From contig JAQGDQ010000407.1 in the NCBI GenBank assembly GCA_030141605.1, positions 59,374 to 123,373 on the forward strand: a stretch of 64,000 nt of DNA, given 5' to 3'. This stretch comes from Tubiluchus corallicola (Eukaryota; Animalia; Priapulida). This document shows, piece after piece, positions 39,162-64,000 of this stretch (position 1 is its first letter; every line of letters starts with the position of its first letter). The notes below the pieces were generated by a model. It had not been told where the DNA came from. It did no database searches and saw only the letters and a list, made by a program, of their open reading frames with translations. The translations under genes and the position numbers were made by a program.

Positions 39162-39843
39162 AGCACAAGAAAGCCCTTCATAAACATAAAGCTAGAAAAA
39201 TTCGTTTTGAAATTTTATATCACTTACTGCCTTTTTACATACAGGACTTCAATCGGCCGTCACGCTGTATAAAACATGTAAATTTAAACTCCCGCGATGA
39301 CCGTTAGACTCAGCCATTTTCACAACAGGTCATTTGAAACAAGTTTAGATAACATTTTGTAAAGTTTGAAAAAATAATCAGAGCATTCGCAGCGCACAAG
39401 TCACTAACTAAATAAAATTTAAAATTACTGCATCTTGTCAATAAGATTAAAAACACGTTTTTTGTTACTGAGTGGTGCACCCTGGAGGGTGAGTCAGCGA
39501 CATTTTACCAATTGGTGAAAACATTTTAAATAATTAATAATTTTCTTTTCTAGTTACATAAGTCTTTCTAGTAGGTAAGCGAAGATCTAAGTAATATAGA
39601 TTTGCACGGAAAGTCTTTTGAGATATAATTTAACATTGCTTTCTCTTCCCTTCATTTACGTTTGGTACATGACGTCATGTAATGGCGACTTCGGAAAAGT
39701 ATTGCGGGAGATTTAAAATGAAAACAAACTAAAATTCCTTTCAGTGCGAGTAAGCAAGATAAATGCATAAAATTGCTATAAAGTAATATAATTTTTAAGG
39801 CGATTTTTCTGAAACGTACTTCAGGTGCCCCTTTTCTTGTCCT
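39162..39843 (-). mobile_element. TTAA-targeting non-autonomous DNA transposon (Kolobok-like), copy 2, complete
   Basis: TTAA at 39158-39161 and 39844-39847; termini AGCACAAGAAAG / (rc) AGGACAAGAAAA; homologous to 25832-26505. Confidence 0.75.
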
Positions 39844-41734
39844 TTAATACCAGTTCCGAATTTGTTCTTTAAATTCCATTTTTCTTGTAAATTAAGACGT
39901 TACCACCTATGCTTTGCTATTGCCTATAATTATTGTTGAAGGCTATTTATTATTATTAATTAGTTAGTTTACACAAGTTAGTTGACTCTGCTGCATGTTT
40001 TAATCGCATTTAGACTCTAAATGTAGCTTATTATTTTGGGTGGCATTTTCCAGGTTGAATGTTTTTATGCATGGCATGCATGGAGTGAGAGTAGAGAAGA
40101 CTTCTTAGGATTAGTTTAAATTCCGCTTTGTGTTACGTTATGTTCATGCAATGTAAGAATTTTGTATAACATCGTGTATATACAAATTATATGTAAATCT
40201 AGTACAACTATGATGAACCCCGTGCACCTTTTGTATTTAAAATCTGTTACCTGTATGTAAATTGTTACATAAAAAATTGCAATTATAGTTTTATTTTTAT
40301 AGCATTTTAAGTAGATAGTTGTTTGTTTACGATATTTTATAATATATTTTAACTAATTATAGACATTATTGTGGCCCTTTTACTAATGATATTTTTACTC
40401 ATGTATGATCAACTCTTTATATAAAATGCTAAGGTAGTACACGTCATTTACAGCCTTGTTTGTGAATACGTCTAACTGTGTAATGTTTGCTAATACTTGT
40501 ACATCTAATTGCAAACTGCTAAGGCTGCTAAGGCTTTAGTAATATGTACAATGACACAGATAACAAGGATTCGGCCAACATAATGTACTTTATATGGTAT
40601 AACGTTCAGCAGTTATAAAAATTATGCGTACGCAGGCGTATGACAGTAAATTGTAATTATAGTTGCTAAATTAAATCTCGTTTATGTAGTGACGATGCAT
40701 TTTTGCAGAATATCATGAAAAGTGCAGGGTATGTATTTTACTTCTAGTTTTATTATCATAAATATCGATCACAGTCCATTAAATCACAAAATTTTATAAA
40801 TATTTTCTTCATAACAATAATATGACAACAATAATGTAACGACAAAATTAAATATTATTTGAATAAAAAATTTAATAAAAAGACATATTTGCAGAATGGT
40901 TTTTGTAAGTTTCTTTTTCTTTGTAAATATCACAATTGTTTTCGTTAAGCATTAAATCCTTTTCAGAACATACTACAAACATCAATTTCTGTTTACATCA
41001 CTATTTGCAGTTATTATCACACTTAATAGTAAAAGCAGGTTCACACGCATCTGGACTGTGCAGTGATGGAATGTGTGAAACAGATACAGCATGTTTCTGT
41101 ATTACACAAAAGTCATCGAAAAATCGTCAGCAGTGCCACTTGAAACATTTTGTGCAATTATTCTTGAAGACAAAGTACAGAGTCGCGTGATCTGATGCAA
41201 CACATTCTGCACACCTCCAAAAATAGGTAAAACTTATCACTGTTATGGTGCAAGTGTAGAATTTACGACTATAATTCAATGAAATATTCAGAAAAAAATT
41301 GATCATTATTTATCAATACCTTGCAAATGTTGATATTGTTCTCTACAGAAATTGCAGTATATGGCAGAAAGATAGTAATTTGCACTAGTAGTTTGGTTAG
41401 GCTTCCACAGATCGTTGTTTGGGGGTGCTGACACATTTCCAACTGTAGTCGTTGGTAAAGTCCATCTATGCCGCGCTCATGATTTAATCCAACGAGAATT
41501 CATACCCGTAGATTTCTGCTGATAAAGTTGTGGTTGTGCGACCACAGTTGATTGTGTGGCAGCACCCTAAAAGCTGGCACGTTCCGGTAGGAAGTTCATG
41601 TAGTTTACTGACATCGCTAATCGATAATCCATAAAAATTCTTCATGTGCCAGTTTAGTTCCACTAAAAATTTCACAATAAAGACAACATGTTTATCACAA
41701 ATTTAATAACAAACAAACTGTTAATACTAATATA

Positions 41735-42158
41735 CAGGGTGTCCCATAAGTCACTATGCACTTTCCTTTTTTACATTTTTTAACAAACAACGCAAAATGT
41801 TTTAAAATTGGTACAGATGAAGTAGAGCCTTGGGTAATTGTTTTTCAAATTAGACACAACCCGTGAGTGATGAAGAAGAGCTCCAACGTGGTGAATAACT
41901 AGCGTACATTGTGAATATTGTCGTCCATATACCGCTCTGAATTTTCACTGAAAGTCAGTTGGTGATCAAAGAACCTCATAGCAGGCTGGTTTTACACCTC
42001 ATTTCTACCATTGCTACCATCTACAATGCAACGGGTTCTAATCAAGAAACTAAATAAAAAGAATTGCCCATTGTTTTGGTTCATCTGTGCTCATTTTCAG
42101 ACATTTTGCTTTGTTTATAGAAAAATGTAGAGTGTAGATTGACCTTTAGGACGCCCTG
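41735..42158. mobile_element. Tc1/mariner-type MITE
   Basis: TA|CAGGGTGTCC ... GGACGCCCTG|TA, with imperfect inverted repeats extending ~100 bp inward. Confidence 0.7.
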
Positions 42159-43631
42159 TATAATATTGCACATAATATAGGCTATTATCTACATCGGGCT
42201 TAACAGAATAGATATAGTCTGTGAATATGAATCCTAAAGAGTTGTGGAAGCCATGTCTGACAGACGAGCAAAGTTTGAATTTTTGTGCATATATCTTTTT
42301 GAAGGTCTAGCTGGAACTAAACTACGAATAGTAGCCCCAACACCCATGGAAACTGGCTTGTTTGGCAAAAAATCATTACAAAGGCTTGATTTTTAAAAAG
42401 GGTTAATCTAATGACCTGTAACGTTTTCGCCTAAAAACTCTTTGGCAAGATCAGCAGAATTGGACAGACAAGTGTTTGTGTCACATTAAATGGCTTAATT
42501 AATTTTCTTCCTGGACAAAAACATTCCAAAATAAAATAAACAACCAGCAGAGCGCATCAAAAACTCAATAAAAGGACAATGTTCAACGTTTCGTCTTCAT
42601 ACCAAAAAAGAAAAATTGGAAGCTTTACTTGGCAACCTCTATGCGCCATAATACTCCTGCATATTATCAATTAACAAGCAGGAAATACTCTAGCGGGTGT
42701 CCAAGCGGAGATGTAGTAGCATTTGATGATCTCGGGTTTTACTGGGTCGGGCGTCTCACGTTTGCTATAATACTCGTGTACTTATGCCTCTAATGACTAA
42801 CAACCCAGGGCGTTTATGATAATAAACATTATGCTCTTGCTATTGCTGTTTGATCAGAACGTAACCTATATGGCGCCAGTGAAGCCCTCATTTAATGTTT
42901 TAAAGGCGTTTTGCCTTAAAATGAGCTTTCATAACTAAGAGATAATTAAAATATCCAAAAACTATTATTCTCAAAATGACGAGTAGCATGTTTTTTATCA
43001 ATTTGTGTATAGATTAATACTAAAACAATCTGGATCACTTGTCTTGAATAAGATTTTGGTCTTAACTTAAGGTACACAATTTCATTATACAGTAATAATT
43101 ATTACGTTATACGTTCAGCGTACTCTGCCAGCTATTTTACATAAATTCATGACTCTGAAAGGCTGGCGCGTAGAGTTGGTAAACAATTTAATTGTGCAAG
43201 CTGCTCGATTGCGCCAGACATGTGAAAACATAAGACAAATTAAAGCTGAGCTGATGCTCTTTTTCTCCAAAATAACACTCCATCGAAGTTGCAATGTGTG
43301 TGTATATATGTATTGCACTGACACTTAGATCTTTTTGAAAATTTATGAAGCCACTGTTTGTATTGATATCGCCAGATCTGGCTTCCCATGTCTTTTACAC
43401 ATTGCCTGCCGTCGATCAGCTTCTTTGTTGCTTAAACTTGGGTACCAGTTTCTCTGAGTTTTATCGTTACTACAAACTACTGCCCGAAGGATTTGAATAC
43501 AACGTGTATGTGAGTAAACTGCTATAAGCATTATATGACTTACATTGCTATTGCTATTACAATAGCCATACAAAACTCAACCAAATCAAACAACGGAAAT
43601 CAGATTAACAGAGAGAAATAAGGTCAGATGA

Positions 43632-62709
<19,078 letters not shown>

Positions 62710-62827
62710 CTGGAATATATAATTAGAATAATTGCCAATAGCTAGTACAGACTATATTGTTGGGTCATACGTTAGAGTTTGAGTAGAAAAACCATGACCA
62801 GAACGTCAAATTACAGGAAAGAGAAAG

Positions 62828-62917
62828 TTATGTAGTAGAACGCTATGTAGTAGAACGTTATGTAGTATAACGCTATGTAGTAGAACGTTATGTAGTAGAA
62901 CGTTATGTAGTAGAACG
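62828..62917. repeat. 15-bp tandem repeat x6
   Basis: Unit (T/C)TATGTAGTAGAACG. Confidence 0.9.
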
Positions 62918-64000
62918 TCAAAATCCCATTTCAAGTGAGGAACTGCAATGGCAAATTTATAAATTTGTGTAAAATTCATTATTAGTTTTGTAAAAAAATG
63001 TGTAGAAGTTTATTGCTAATTATGTAATAAATTCGTGAAATTATATAAAAACATGTGTTATAATTTCTACATTATTAGCTTTTAAGCTGAACGATACTGT
63101 CTATCATGGCGCATTCTAGGTTTTAAACAAGACTTCAGCAACTTTTCTTGCACAGTGCACTTCCATGATTCAGGCACATCTATGATTTTCACTGAGTTAT
63201 TTATTTCTAATAACTATTTACGATTAATTTTATTGAACAAAAAAATGGACGTTTGAACTGGACGGTAGTTTTCACCCTCACATTCCACTGCATTCAGTAG
63301 ATTCTAATTAGCAGATATCATCTGACGATTGTTTATCAAGTGACAGATTTTTAATTTTCCTTGAGCTTAATGAGTTGCATGTAATGACGTTATAAAGTAG
63401 GATCTAAAACTACCAAGTTTTATTATCGTTTCATTAATGCTTCCCAGATAATGAAATTTGTAACGGATATGACAGTAAATTTATTGCTTAATTTTTATAA
63501 AAATTTCTAATAAATCTAAGAAATGTTTACAAAGTTTTGTTCTTGCAAAAGAACTTGATGGCGAGTTTTTCAAATAAACAAAATGAACTTTATTTATTTT
63601 CGTCGTTTGCTATAAGCGTACAATCAGGAAACTAACACATTACCTGTAACTTGAGCTGCACAGTCACAATCAAAATTTTATTTATTTTTTTCCTTCAAGA
63701 CTATGCATTCCGCTGACGTCAACATTTTAAGTTATGGCGAATCGATTAGGTTTTTTCGAGATTCTCAAGCCGTTCGTACGACTAGGCTAACTAGGCAGTT
63801 GTCTAGGGCGCCATATTTGGCAGGGGCGCCAAATTCTGGAAATAATTCTTTAATATTTCAATTTTGTATAAGTAATAGCGTAGTGTATGTGTAATTCCTT
63901 AAGTGCACAATGAACTAGTTGTTCCTGTCGAAATATATGATTTATCGATATCAGAAAGTGTTTTCCCCTAGCAAAACACTCTATTTCTTCTTTATCTGCT

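Overview
AT-rich animal (invertebrate-type) genomic DNA with spliceosomal introns; no prokaryotic operons or CRISPR arrays. Genes: (1) two paralogous, convergently oriented genes for secreted Gly/Ser/Arg/Phe-rich proteins with a nearly invariant ~165-aa C-terminal domain I do not recognise (CDS 6153-7079 +, 19638-20696 -). Each has a non-coding first exon and a homologous core promoter (YCAAGGYCR NR5A/FTZ-F1-type site, 9 bp, TATA box). (2) Between them lies a COLGALT/GLT25-family glycosyltransferase with an intron-free CDS and a divergent C-terminal domain (12718-14406 -), directly followed by a decayed CR1/L2-group LINE. (3) A ~1440-aa protein made of ~22 copies of a 58-aa repeat with a C-terminal transmembrane tail (32498-37616 +). 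(4) The 3' ~17 coding exons of a prominin gene with a long Tyr/PPxY-rich tail (43632-62709 -). Mobile DNA includes a 5S rRNA-headed SINE with target-site duplication, a bipartite RTE element, piggyBac-, Tc1/mariner-, hAT-, Kolobok- and Harbinger-like MITEs, long palindromes, minisatellites and many microsatellites. All calls come from reading the sequence by eye; no database searches were run.
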